Positions 51,012-64,000 of a DNA stretch of 64,000 bases are shown piece after piece. Origin of the DNA: Octopus bimaculoides (Eukaryota). Location: contig NC_068988.1 in NCBI RefSeq assembly GCF_001194135.2, positions 69,040,560-69,104,559 of the forward strand, in the 5' to 3' direction. The notes under the pieces were generated by a model. It was not told the origin of the DNA. It saw nothing but the letters and a program-made list of their open reading frames with translations, and made no database searches. The translations under genes and the position numbers were made by a program. Every line of letters starts with the position of its first letter. The stretch's first letter is position 1.

Positions 51012-51500
51012 CGCCTTCATGGCACTTGTGCTGGTGGCACATGTAAATACATTCGAGTGAGATCATTGTCAGTGCCACTTGACTGGCTCCTGTGCAGATG
51101 GCACATAAAATACAATATTTTGAGCGTGGCCGTTGCCAGTGCTGCCTGACTGGCCTTCGTGCCGGTGGCACGTAAAAGTACTCGCGGTCATAGGATCGCG
51201 GTTTTGATTCCCAGACCGGGCGTTGTGAGCGTTTATTGAGCGAAAACACCTAAAAAGCTCCATGAGGCTCCGGCAGGGGATGGTGGCGAACCCTGCTGTA
51301 CTCTTTCACCACAACTTTCTCTCACTCTTACTTCCTGTTTCTGTTGTGCCTGTAATTCAAAGGGTCAGCCTTGTCACACTAAGTCAGGCTGAATATCCCC
51401 GAGAACTACGTTAAGGGTACACATGTCTGTGGAGTGCTCAGCCACTTGTACGTTAATTTCACAAGCAGGCTGTTCCATTGATCGGATCAACTGGAACAAC
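51012..51500 (+). mobile_element. Chimera of family E 5' part and family C SINE body
   Basis: tggcacgtaaaagta|ctcgcggtcataggatc junction at about 51180. Confidence 0.7.
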
Positions 51501-52372
51501 NNNNNNNNNNNNNNNNNNNNNNNNNNNNNNNNNNNNNNNNNNNNNNNNNNNNNNNNNNNNNNNNTATATAAATGCATACATATATTCACACATACACACA
51601 CACACACATTATTGATGCTCCACTTATTTTTTTCTTCAATTAAAATAATCCATCACATATTTCAATTACAACTAAAAAATAAAGAGTTTTGGAAAATTTT
51701 CTGTAAATTTATTGATACATGGCTATAAACAATTTATATTTTCTAAAAAAAACATGACAGAAAAATAACCTGTCCTAATATTTAAATCCTAGCTGTGAAA
51801 TTTCCTTATTTAACTGAAGGATTAGCATCAACATTTTATAATGTTTTTTTTTTATGCCGTAACAATTTGATTAAAGATTTGTAGGTATTTTTATTTCTTC
51901 AAAATATTTTTAGTTATATGTCTTTAAAATTTACATATAACTAAAATTAAATATGCAAAATATTTGTAAGAGAGAAAAATAACTTCTTAAGAAATATATA
52001 ATTTTTAAAATTAGCAGATATGAACATATGTATGTATTTTTAAAAAAATGATCTAACTATGTAGAGGAATAAATGTCTCTGAAATCTAACGTTTTACAAG
52101 TACATACACGTGTGCAGGTATATGACATATATAAACATACATATAGATATATAAATCTATATGGGTGCAAATATATATATATATGTATACACATATATAT
52201 ATACACATGCATGCACTTATATAAACATATATACATAGAATTAAAGGTAATGCTATTGCTACTTCAGAGTATTCCTTATTTTTAATATTGTTAATATTTA
52301 TACATATATATTTACATATATATACATAAACATGTATACATATACACATATATAAACATATATACATATATA

Positions 52373-52438
<66 letters not shown>

Positions 52439-52849
52439 TGTATATAGAATACAAGAATTTTAATGGAGATAAAACTCCAGTATATAGTACAACTCTTTGT
52501 TTTTTGCTTGTATATGAGCTAAAGTTTAATAAAATTTGATATAAAACAAAAATTTCAGATATTTGTCTTAAGCATTCAAACAAACAAATTCATATCAGAT
52601 GTATGACGAGATATTATTCCATTCAAATAACCACATATTTATATTAAAGCATAGATGATAAAAATATAGAAATATAAGAATATAAAGATAAAAAAATATT
52701 AGAAAATATAATATAAACATAAAATACATTAAAAATATAAGAATATAAACATAAAAAATGTATAAGGTGTACTATGAAAGTAGAAAATATATAGTTAGAA
52801 TAGATTAAAGGAGGCAAGTGAAAGGATCAGTCCAAACCTATGACGATAT

Positions 52850-53203
52850 GGGTTCCAGTTGATCCGATCAATGGAACAGCCTGCTCATGAAATTAACGTG
52901 CAAGTGGCTGAGCATTCCACAGACACGTGTACCCTTAACATAGTTCTTGGGGGAGATTCAGCATGACACAGAATGGGACAAGGCTGGCCCTTTGAAATAC
53001 AGATACAACAGAAACAGGAAGATAGAGTGAGAGAAAATTGTGGTGAAAGAGTACAACAGGGTTCGCGACCACCTCCTACCGGAGCCTCATGGAGCTTTAG
53101 ATGTTTTTGCTCAATAAACACTCACTACGCCTGGTCTGGAAATCGAAACCGCGATCCTATGACCGCGAGTTCGCTGCTCTAACCACTGGGCCATTGTGAC
53201 TCC
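52850..53203 (-). mobile_element. tRNA-derived SINE family C copy
   Basis: Homologous to 8458-8842. Confidence 0.85.
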
Positions 53204-53207
53204 ATAT

Positions 53208-53258
<51 letters not shown>

Positions 53259-54214
53259 TGCACGCACACACACATATATATACACACACACACATGTATA
53301 TATATATGTATACATTCATAGATATGCATATAAATGTGCATATGTGTTTGTATATGTATGACTGTGATGTTTACAATATTTATTTATGGTTGTATTATTG
53401 AAGAAATGAATGTTTAAAAGAACATATATAGCAGTAAAATGACAAATTCAAACACCAGTTTACGAAATTGTCTCCAAGATTTTTCTCAGTGATGAAAGCA
53501 AAAATATAAAACTAGAAAATAAAAAACTTGAGTAAACTCTTCTTTCAAAGAGCAATTTGCATGCTTAGTTATATGAGGATTTTAACTAACTTAATGCAAA
53601 ATGTAGGTATGACTTTTTATTGACTGACATAGATCATTCAAATTGCACATAGTGGTAGCATAACTTTTCCTCTATCTTTCTTCTTGAGCTTTTTCATTGC
53701 AGGCAAGTAATGGATTCTAAGCAGAAACAGCATACTGTCATTGATTCAACCGTCTTAAGTTTCATGCCAATGCACTTGTCAAACTTATAATAAATCTTCA
53801 TATTGCACAATTTGTCTCCTGTCACACAACTTCCAATTTAGTTCTCAACTTCTATCTCTCTCTTTCACCCCTTTTCCTGTATGTATATTCACACACACAC
53901 ACACACACACACACACTTACATATATATAAGTATGACTAGAGTATTTGTCTCACTGTCTCTTTTTCCCTTTCTTCTCTTTTACCAAACAGCTTTCATTCC
54001 GCAATGTCTTCGTTAAAAACATCTTGTTAACTTATTAAGATACCATTGTAAAAAATTTAGTATTTAAAAAGATGTAAATTATGAATGTGAGACATAAATA
54101 AAAATATAAATCTGAATTATAAATGCCTCTTCAGAAAACTTACAAGCAAATATTCGCTTAATTTTTGTTTGGTTACTTTTCGTATTAGGTAACTTTTTAA
54201 AATAAGAAATGTCA

Positions 54215-54700
54215 TCCATTTATCTATGTATATGTCTGTCTATTTTTCTTTCTTTCTTTTTATCTCTCTATTTCTATTTGTTTTTCTTTCTCTTTCTCTC
54301 TGTTTTCTGTTCTCTCTTTTTCTCTTTCCTTTTTTCTTCATTTCTCTTCCATTCTTCCATTCTTTATTGTTTCTATTTTCTTTTCCTTTTTTTTTTTCAA
54401 TCTGTCTGCATTTGTCTTTCTTTCAGCAATTTTTCTTTTTCCCTCTCTGTTTTCGATTTTCTCTCTTTTCTCTTTTTCTTCCTTCTTTCCTTCTCTCTTC
54501 CTGTCTTCTTTCCTACTCTCTTTTTCTATCCCTCTTTCACTCTTTCTCAATCTCTCTTTCTTTCACACTCCTTCATTCTTTCCTTCTTTCTTTCTGTCTT
54601 CCTCTCTTTCTCTCAGTATTTCTATTTCTCTCTCTGCCTCTCTCATTATTCTTTCACATTCTCTCTCTTCTCTTCTATTCTTTCTTTTTTTCACAATACA
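54215..54700. repeat. (CT/TTTC)n pyrimidine low-complexity tract
   Basis: Seen directly. Explains the F/L/S-rich ORFs. Confidence 0.9.
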
Positions 54701-55399
54701 CAAATAATCCATATTCACAGGCACTATCTGTGTATCTTAGTTCCATCATTTCAGAAAAATAATTGACTAATTAATTTCTTATATCTATTTTCAAGAAATC
54801 ACTTACTGACATTTCCATAAAAGCACATAGAAGTAAAGTTACTGATGTCAATAAAGGATGTACTTTGCTGATTCTCTGAACCAACCTCCAGCCATTTGAT
54901 AAAGATTTGTTCTTTAAGTTGGCATCAATACCTGATCAGCATTCACTATATATATCATTAACCCTTTAGCATTCAGATTACTCCATCAAATATAAAACTT
55001 ATTCATTCACATTGTTTTGAATCGATCATGATTTATCTCGTAGCATTGAGATTCTGATTAGATGATTGCTTGTTTTCAAAATAATATTGTTGAGTAGGTG
55101 TAAGAGGCCAGATCTGACTAGTTTGAACTTAAAACAAGTTGAATATCTGGACTGGATATAGCTAAAAGATTACAAAAATATCAAAAGAAAAGCTTATCAA
55201 AATGTGGATTTTATTTGCCAATTAAGGTGTTCACTCAGAGTCAATTATGTGTTCTGCATGACCAGATTATTTTCTGATCAAAGTAAATTGACTACTGACA
55301 TCACCATCATGAAAAAGTTTCATTCACGTAGTCCATTGCCTAAACTGACATTGTTTGATTGTCAAAATTTCCCATTTAACAATTATCACTATCATACAA

Positions 55400-55900
55400 A
55401 CAATGTTATTCATTTCCAATAATCATTGAAGAAATATGTTGGCCACAGGAAAATATTATCCTGCTTGGAAACAAGTGAAAGTTCACAACATCCAGCCCTA
55501 GAAAATCTACCTCGATAAACTGCATCTGAATCTTGCAACCATGAAACATTGGATGTAAATAATTATAATAGTGATGACAATGGCAACATGTACAACAATG
55601 AAGTACATAGTCATTTGATCTGCTAGAAAAAGAAGTCAAATTTTTTTCAGATTTTTACCATCTTAAGGACAAAGACAAGTTGTATAATGTAGTCTTAGAT
55701 GCACTATGTCTGCAGAGTGAATGGGATAATCCTGGTTTATTTTGTTTCGGGTTTGGCTAAAAGAAAAAAGGCCTTGCTTATGACACTTTTCAGGTCTTTG
55801 TAACAGGTTTAAGGAAGTGAAAATACTATCCTCAATCAAAAGACAGCATTGGTATTAAACTCACCAATGATCTATATTTATTGTCCAAATGTGCCTTGCA
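55400..55900 (+). mobile_element. Degenerate CR1/L2-type LINE RT remnant
   Basis: LATGKYYPAWKQVKV; KKGLAYDTF (KAFD-like). Confidence 0.4.
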
Positions 55901-56131
55901 TGATAACAACACAAACAACAAATGCAAGAATATTATTCCATGGAGAATAAATTAGAATTAAAATAAGAACATGATTCATCTTTAAGAACATTCTCAGAAT
56001 CCCTAAAAAGAAGATGAATGTAAACTATTCTCCTAAACATGTGAAATATCAATAGAGAAAAAATATGTAGCTTACGTTTCAACAGATTTATAATAAAACA
56101 TAAATGACTGGATCACAAACATGATCTTCAT

Positions 56132-56169
<38 letters not shown>

Positions 56170-56650
56170 NNNNNNNNNNNNNNNNNNNNNNNNNNNNNNN
56201 NNNNNNNNNNNNNNNNNNNNNNNNNNNNNNNNNNNNNNNNNNNNNNNNNNNNNNNNNNNNNNNNNNNNNNNNNNNNNNNNNNNNNNNNNNNNNNNNNNNN
56301 NNNNNNNNNNNNNNNNNNNNNNNNNNNNNNNNNNNNNNNNNNNNNNNNNNNNNNNNNNNNNNNNNNNNNNNNNNNNNNNNNNNNNNNNNNNNNNNNNNNN
56401 NNNNNNNNNNNNNNNNNNNNNNNNNNNNNNNNNNNNNNNNNNNNNNNNNNNNNNNNNNNNNNNNNNNNNNNNNNNNNNNNNNNNNNNNNNNNNNNNNNNN
56501 NNNNNNNNNNNNNNNNNNNNNNNNNNNNNNNNNNNNNNNNNNNNNNNNNNNNNNNNNNNNNNNNNNNNNNNNNNNNNNNNNNNNNNNNNNNNNNNNNNNN
56601 NNNNNNNNNNNNNNNNNNNNNNNNNNNNNNNNNNNNNNNNNNNNNNNNNN

Positions 56651-57834
56651 AAAGCTTGTTTATTTTTATGTTTTTTGATTTATTATTAGTGTTGCTTAAT
56701 ATGTTTTGCTAAAATTGCTGTTTCTTTTCAGATATCATCAGAAAAAGGTAATTAAAATTCATTAAAATGACAGATCTATCAGACTTTCAAAGAGGTCAAA
56801 TTGTTGGTGCTTGTATGGAAAACAGTTGAAATGTTTGGTGTATCAAGAAGTACTGCCTCGAAAGTAATGACAGCCTTTGAGAAAGAGAGAAAAACCTCCT
56901 TGTCAAAGCAAAACTCCAGAAGGAAACCAAAACTTTCAGATAGGGACCATCGGACTCTTATGCGAATTGTTAGAAAGGATCACAAAAGTACAGCTCCCAA
57001 AATTACTGCAGAGTTTAATGACCACATCGAGAACCAAGTTTCCACAAAAACTGTTTGCCAAGAGCTGCACAAAGTCGGATTTCACAGGAGGGCTGCAATC
57101 AGAAAACCACTACCTTCAAAATCAAACGTTTCAAAGCGTTTAGAGTGGAGTAAAAACCTACAGAATTGCTACCTAGAGCAGTGGAAGAATGTTATTTTCT
57201 CGGATGAGTCATCCTTTACCTTATTTCCGACCACCAGCCAAGTATACATGTGGAGACAGCCAAAAGAAGCATTTGACCCAGATTGCTTTCTTCCAACTGT
57301 TAAACATGAAGGAGGATCTGTGATGACCAGATGGGGAGGGCTATATCTTGGAAATCTGCTGTCCCAATGGTTTCCCCTCATGGCAGAATTAATAGTCAAG
57401 ACTATTTAAGCATTTTATCTGACCAAATTCATCCTATGATTGCGGAACTGTTTCCAGAAGGAAACACAATCTTTCAGGATGATAATGCACCAATTCACAC
57501 AGCTAAACTTGTAACTGAATGGCACGAGGAACATTCTAGTGAAGTTGAGCATCTTATTTGGCCACCACAGTCACCAGATCTCAATATTAGTGAACATTTA
57601 TGGTGCATTTTAGAAAAACAAGTAAGGAGTCAATATCCTCCATCATCACTACAAGAACTGGAGACTTTTAGCTGAAGAATGGACAAAAATTCCTTTGGAA
57701 ACAATTCAAACTTTTGTACAAGTCCATATCCCGAAGAATTGAAGCTGTAATTACTGCCAAAGACTGTCCTACCACATATCAAAATAAATTTGATTGAAAT
57801 CTTAAGGTGTTTCCATTATTTTGTCCAACCCCAG
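56651..57834 (+). mobile_element. Tc1-family (DD34E) transposon, frameshifted; left end lost in a gap
   Basis: MTDLSDFQRGQIVG; VIFSDES; FQDDNAPIHT; WPPQSPDLNISEHLW. Right TIR GGTGTTTCCATTATTTTGTCCAACCCCAG. Confidence 0.92.
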
Positions 57835-58005
57835 TGTGTGTATGTATATAGATATATGTATAGAGAGAGAGAAAGAAAGAAAGAGAGAGAAAGAGTGAGA
57901 AAGACTTAGAGAAATGCATATGCTAATCATTTACATAGCCGTATTTCACAAAATACATTTAATATATGAACATTCTGAGACATTAAACAAGTCCTTATAT
58001 AACAT

Positions 58006-58053
<48 letters not shown>

Positions 58054-59020
58054 AGGCACACACACACACAGATGAGGACCAGTTTCCTTTCTTTTAATTT
58101 CTTCACTTTTAATTTCTTCATGAACAAACAATGCTGTTCTCACTTAAATTGTGAACATAATAAAACATTTATTTAATAAATTCTCACTGCTATATTAACT
58201 TTCTGAAGCACCACATATGTGTACAGGCAATTACAAACTTCTCTAAATCTACATAAATGCTATAGAATTCATAGCATATGTTGACATATTCAAACAGATT
58301 CTAAAATACACAAACTTATTTCCACAAAGTCAATACAATTTTATAAATTTTTCTTCAGCTCTTTCAAAATATTAAAAAAATTTTGGATGATTTATTTCTG
58401 TCCAACTTCTCAAGTATTTATCTTCATATTAGCTAAAACATAGAAAATAAAAATTCCAAAGAGTTTCATAGTCCAATTTCCCTTTCAATGAAGACTACAT
58501 GAACTTCATGTTAATTACTGATGCCTTCTTTTACTATATATTCCATAAGTACTTGATCATATCAGCAGATCTTTATTTCTATATTAGGTTGTCATTGATT
58601 TTTTAAAAAAATTTTCTAAAATATCTCCAGTAGTTTTATTTCAAATTTTATTCACTTACATATTTATTTTAGTACTGCCCGTCATTCAATTTACGTTACT
58701 TCAAATGTACAGCACTTGATTTTGCACCCCGCTCCACAAAAATCTCAAATTGAAAATATTTTTTCCCCCTTAAATTTTTGCTTCATTTTATTTTATTCTT
58801 TAAGTTCTTTTTTTTTTGAGAATTTATTAATTTATGAAGGAACTTTGCAAAACTAAGAGATTTTACTTCACTAAAACAAGCAAATTTGTCCTTTGTCAGA
58901 ACAAATAATAAGGAATTATTTCAAGAGAAAAGCAAATGAAATGAAAACAAACACCAATTTATCAAAACTAAGAAAAATATGAAATAATGCACCAAAATGC
59001 ATATATGCTTTGGTATCTAT

Positions 59021-59102
<82 letters not shown>

Positions 59103-59109
59103 GAACAAT

Positions 59110-59900
59110 ATTTTTCTGTGGCTGAAGACAACAATAATTATCAGGAGATGATATATCTTCTGGCTCTAAAGAATAAAGTATATCGTCAGAATGTAGTCTT
59201 AATTCTTAACTGTTTGAAAAATATGCTTTTGTCAGGAGAGGTCATCCTTGATGGTGAAACACTTGGAACAATCACAAGGGCTCTAATTGCATGCTCATCA
59301 TATTTAAAATGGTGTGAGTGCAATGGTGGTTTCTTGATAGGTTTAGTGTTTACTGTTGAATTAGATAAAATTGGCATAGCTCCAATGGAGTATATTTCAT
59401 TGTCTCTGCCTAGAACTGGTGCAAATTTAGTGTATATTGACTAGTTTGCAACTGGATGATGCATAATTAGAGAAGGTTAAAAAATAACAAAGGGTAGTAA
59501 AACATGTATAAGTGGGTGTTGTTGGATGTAACAGTATGTATGAATTGCTTTTCCCTGTCTTTCAGGAGCTAAAAGTATTCTGAGAGAGTTGTGATATTTC
59601 ATTTGTTAATAGAACAAAGTGAATGGGTATTTTGTGTATATTAATCTTTAAAGGCATTCTTGATTATCCCATTATATGGTTTTTCACTTTCTGTAGTTTC
59701 TATATCTGATATCAATTTCTTTTATCAGATATTTTCCTTTCAGAAGCACCAAGTTCTGTTGAGTTGTTTGCACGAAGTTTAGAGAATTTGGATTTTGATT
59801 AAATATTTCAAATCATTACTTGTGCAGTTATAACTGGCTTTGATAGAAATTTTGCTTATAATTTTATTATATATGTATTGTTGTAAAGGCATTTGTTGGT
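59110..59900 (-). mobile_element. Possible highly degenerate Penelope-like remnant
   Basis: IKASYNCTSN-like and C..C-like broken peptides. Confidence 0.2.
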
Positions 59901-61649
59901 TATGTTAACCATTTCAGCTATGTGTGGCCAAAGAACTTAAGATTTTGACTCTGGCTACATCTTGAACAGGGGAGAAGAAATTTTCTTATTATGCTTCCAT
60001 GTAGAGAAAGACAAACTTCAAGACTTAAAACTTGTTCTTGTATCAGTAAATTTCAAACTTAGAGCTGGAACATGGGGCAGTGAGGAAAAGAACTTCAGCT
60101 AAAATTAAAATTAAAATAATGATTCTTTCTATCAAATCAGGTATACTTACACATACCTTCCTTTAAGAAACACACATGTACTACATTACACACATTGTTT
60201 TATGTTGAAAGATATCCACATAAATTAATTCAGTACTGGACTGCTACTTATTTTATAGACCTTGGAAGGATAAATGGCAAAGGGGATTTTGATGACATGT
60301 GAACTCAGAATGTAAAGTCACTCAAATGCATTTTGTTCAATTTGGCACGATTTTGCTTATCCTTAGAGTCATGATTAATCACCAATTAATATCATTTTGG
60401 TATTTACTTTTAGTTAGGTTGAACTTAGTCATTGAGTACTACGTGTTTTAGCATGGACGCTCAAAGGTTAACTACTTGGTTAACTACTTGCTTGCTTGTC
60501 TATTAAATTATCAACTCAACCAGGTATATTCTTTGTATCACAAATATTCTTAGGAAAATGTACAATTATTATAACTTCCTGTTTTTTTTAAAACACGCAC
60601 AAAAATATCATCCATCATGTTGTCAATGATAAACTCTTCACACGTCATAAGAATAATATTCTCTTCAAAGCATAAGAAATTATAAAGTTTTGTGAAATTT
60701 ATTACAACCTATTTCCAATTATCAATTTTTAAACTGATCACATATCAAAGATAGTTATTTAATAAATCACTGACTGCTTCCTGGAACTGATGTCATTATC
60801 AAATTTGTTGCAATTTTCTTTGAGTATGACTATAAGCTGTAAATTATCTAAACCATTTCATCTCATGCCATATACATGATCTTGTGATTAAGAAGTTTAT
60901 TTCACAATCATATGATTCTAGGTTCAATCCCACTGTACATACAAATGTATTTTACTGTACATACAAATGTATATTTGTTAAGTGATTACTTTGGTATATA
61001 TGGTGAAATGTATACTTTAGTGATGAATTCTATTAAGACTGGAACATGAACTTGATGAGAAACTCAAAGTATGAAAGCCTTGCAAAAAGATTATGGTTAA
61101 GACCCTTCCTTCACAGACTAAGCTACAGAACTCCTTTCATGTCCACAAAAAAAGAGAAAGTGGTAAAAACTTACCAAAGAGTTAGAAATCTTACCGATTA
61201 TAATTATTTACTCCTAGCAGTTAAATTACTCTCTGTAGCTACTCAATGTGATCAACAAGGATATTTGCAACACATGGAGAAACAACAGTATAATCACATC
61301 ATTATAACAAGTTGATCTAACAAGTGCAACCTCACATCAGTAAAGATGAAGAGTAGTGTGCAATAAAGCCATCCAAGGCCCTGAAATGATGGACATTTGG
61401 TTCTGATGATGCCATAACAGTTAGCACCTGGCAGCAGAGCTTTCAGCTGGTAGAACTTGCATCTGCTAGAAGTTGTTTGCAAATAAACTATATGAACGAG
61501 TAAACAAATGAAAGAAAGTGGCACTTATCACTTTTAGTTCAAGTTTTGATAACAGGTTTATTCAGATTTATTTAATTTAAAGTTATAGGGTTGCACAAAG
61601 TGTCCACATTCTCATATAAACTAAATGTGTGAATTTAAAAGAATTACCA

Positions 61650-63110
61650 ATGGGGTGAGGCAGTGACAGTGATTCTTTTATTATATGTCCCAGACAGGAT
61701 GTGGTGTTAGGTTGGCAGATTCCAGTAGGGTTTGACATTTCAGTAACAGCACATTGCCTATGGCATAATAATCAGTTTGGTAGCATCAGGTTACATATCA
61801 ATTTATGTAGCAAGCATGGCCGCATGATGTAAATATAGCCAGCTGATAGTTGACTATGGTGATAGTATGCTGAAGATGAAATAATCTCACTATGTGCAAA
61901 CAGAGATGTTATACTTTGTACATATATGTACATAGGATAACCAGGACTTGAGTCATATTTCTGGGTTTACCAGTAGCCAGTAGTTTCAAGTTTATTATGG
62001 GAGTATATGTTTAGTGACAACAATTGGATAGATGAGTTTCTCTGTAGACAGATAAACTTTTACAGTTTATGCAATTCTCTCAGATACATAGCTGGTAATT
62101 ATGAACTTCAGATGAAAAAGAAGTTATGTTAAAGATGTTTCATACCCTGTTAAGGGAGTTATTTCCTTGGTTCTGGAGAGAAGTAGATTTCTCCCTGCCC
62201 TATACATGATGGAGTACACATGTTGCACAATTCTCCCTTTAAATTTCATTAGCTGTTATGCCTATTAATGTCAATGCCTATTAATGCCTTGTAATGTTAA
62301 TAGATGGCATGAAATTGGCTCTATAGACCTCAGCTTTTGAGAGACAGAATCCTCTTCTTAGTGGGCAGTCGGTGGCATTTCAACAGTTACAGATTCGGGT
62401 GGAATGTTTTTGACTGTATAATTGTGTCTGATTTTGCATTGAATGTTGAAAAAGATATCTAAACAGGAATAACTAGCCTTAACACTATGGAAATCAAAGA
62501 ATTTATTGTACTTAAGGAAAAATTGTCAAATAAAGATTCAAGAAGCTTCAAGTTAAGTTAGTGAAAACATTTACATGGAATGGAGGATTAAATCTGATTA
62601 CATCTGTGTCTATCAATCTCTTAAGATATGGGTGGTAATGGGATTCATCCACAGACATCAAATTATCAATAAAGCACTCTCTCCTAGTATCTCATTATAA
62701 TGGGATGTGATCCTGTTGAAGATCTCTCTGTCTGCCACTGGAATGGAGATTCTTTAGAGTAAAAGATGTGGTCAATTGAGGCACCTTATATTATCTGATA
62801 ATATCCCAATTGATACTTTGGACAAAAGAATTGGCAATTCCTGAGTACAGTATGTGATCTGGGGATTGATATGAACAGCAGTGCCTTGTTTCACATGCAT
62901 ATCACCAAAATGGGGGCAATGTACAAGTAAATGGCTGAATGTATTCTGAGAACTTCCAGAACAAGTGACCAGGAGTAGGGATAGATGTTTTCAGAAACAA
63001 CTTGACCTTCTGCTGTTCAAGGTCCCAGATGAACCTATATCATGGTAAGAAACTCATAAGAGAGCAGCAATCACATAAAAAAGGGTCACCCCAGTATGGC
63101 CACAACCTTT
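61650..63110 (+). mobile_element. Degenerate CR1 LINE
   Basis: VCDLGIDMNSSALFHMHI..ILRTSRT; DVFRNNL..PDEP-like 3' end. Confidence 0.55.
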
Positions 63111-63229
63111 GAGCTGAAATGTATAAAAAAATATAGCTATATATATATTGAACATGTAACTATGTTCTTGTTTCATAATTTTTATTAGGGCTTTTGACTT
63201 TTTTATTTGGTTTGTTATCAGACTAGGAA

Positions 63230-64000
63230 GTGCATTGGCTTCTGTGCTCCAGTTTTTACTGTTGTGAAAGAAATTGCACCTTTGATATTACTAAATATTT
63301 CAACCATGTCTGGCAGAAAAATCTCCTGTAAAGCAGTTTGCCTGAGGGCTACATCCATCTATTTTCACTTAGACTGATTGGTTTCTGTTCGACTGCACTC
63401 TCATGTCTTGTGCTGATGGAGTTCTCTTTGATGTGATGTCACCCAGAGTTCAGTTTTGTCTCCCATACTTTCCTTTTTATACCTTATTGACCTATATACC
63501 TCCAACTCCAACAGTGCTCATTCCCACATAGATCATAATACTCATTATTTCTCTCTAACCTTCTATATTCAAGCATCATCTGCATGAAACATAGATACCT
63601 TTTGATAAATTTGCACTAATTCAATGAGAATAAAGCTTTATGAAATCAAGCCAAACTTTTCACCTTCAGCAGCAAAGGGATACAACTCTGCACATGTAAA
63701 GGAAATGTCAATACAATCCTAAACTCCTAAACATGAACAGCATGCATCAAAAGCCTTCCGCATTGTTGGGTCTCAACATCATCTCCTCTGGCAATGAGAT
63801 TAATCAATATCTGTAAAAAATACCTATTGCTGATATTCACAAGAAACACAGATGCAGTGAATGGATAGCAGGAGATTGCAATTCTGAAGATGCATGATTG
63901 GTCATTAGTGTTAATTGTCTCAAGCAACGAATTATAACACCACAAACAATTTGTGCTGTAAACAACAGCTAGAATGCATGGTTCACAGATCTCATTTCAT
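63230..64000 (+). mobile_element. Degenerate L2/CR1-group LINE RT
   Basis: VTQSSVLSPILSFLYLIDL..AHSHIDHNT, equivalent to GVPQGSVLSP..HSYADD. Confidence 0.6.

Noticed and set aside
55651-55760. Exon-like DFYHLKDKDKLYNVVLDALCLQSEWDNPG
   Set aside because: Lies inside a degenerate CR1/L2 RT remnant.
61046-61524. ORFs on both strands and a 45-nt exon-like GLGWLYCTLLFIFTD
   Set aside because: Better explained as a decayed LINE RT segment; no supporting neighbours.

Overview
AT-rich, microsatellite-dense eukaryotic DNA with 15+ N-gaps. The SINE families and simple repeats suggest a coleoid cephalopod (Octopus-like); this is inference. There are no prokaryotic features and no long intact ORF; most ORF-track hits are microsatellite or gap artefacts. 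Most of the window is decayed transposon material: about 9 kb of R4/Dong-type restriction-like-endonuclease (RLE) LINE fragments lying in (TAA)n/(GAT)n tracts, five SINE-like families, RTE and CR1/L2 LINE remnants, Penelope-like (PLE) remnants with hammerhead-ribozyme (HHR) motifs, one Tc1, two mariner, one Gypsy fragment, a Helitron end, a Helentron-like element and several MITEs. Scattered through this is a chain of very short, phase-compatible GT-AG exon candidates on the + strand (about 3.5-50 kb) encoding a protein I do not recognise. There is also weaker evidence for a nested - strand gene. The most distinctive structures are a 660-bp foldback whose two arms jointly rebuild a minimal hammerhead, and a 338-bp GC-rich insertion with HHR-like topology inside a LINE. 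All calls were made by eye; element boundaries are approximate unless a TIR or TSD is quoted.
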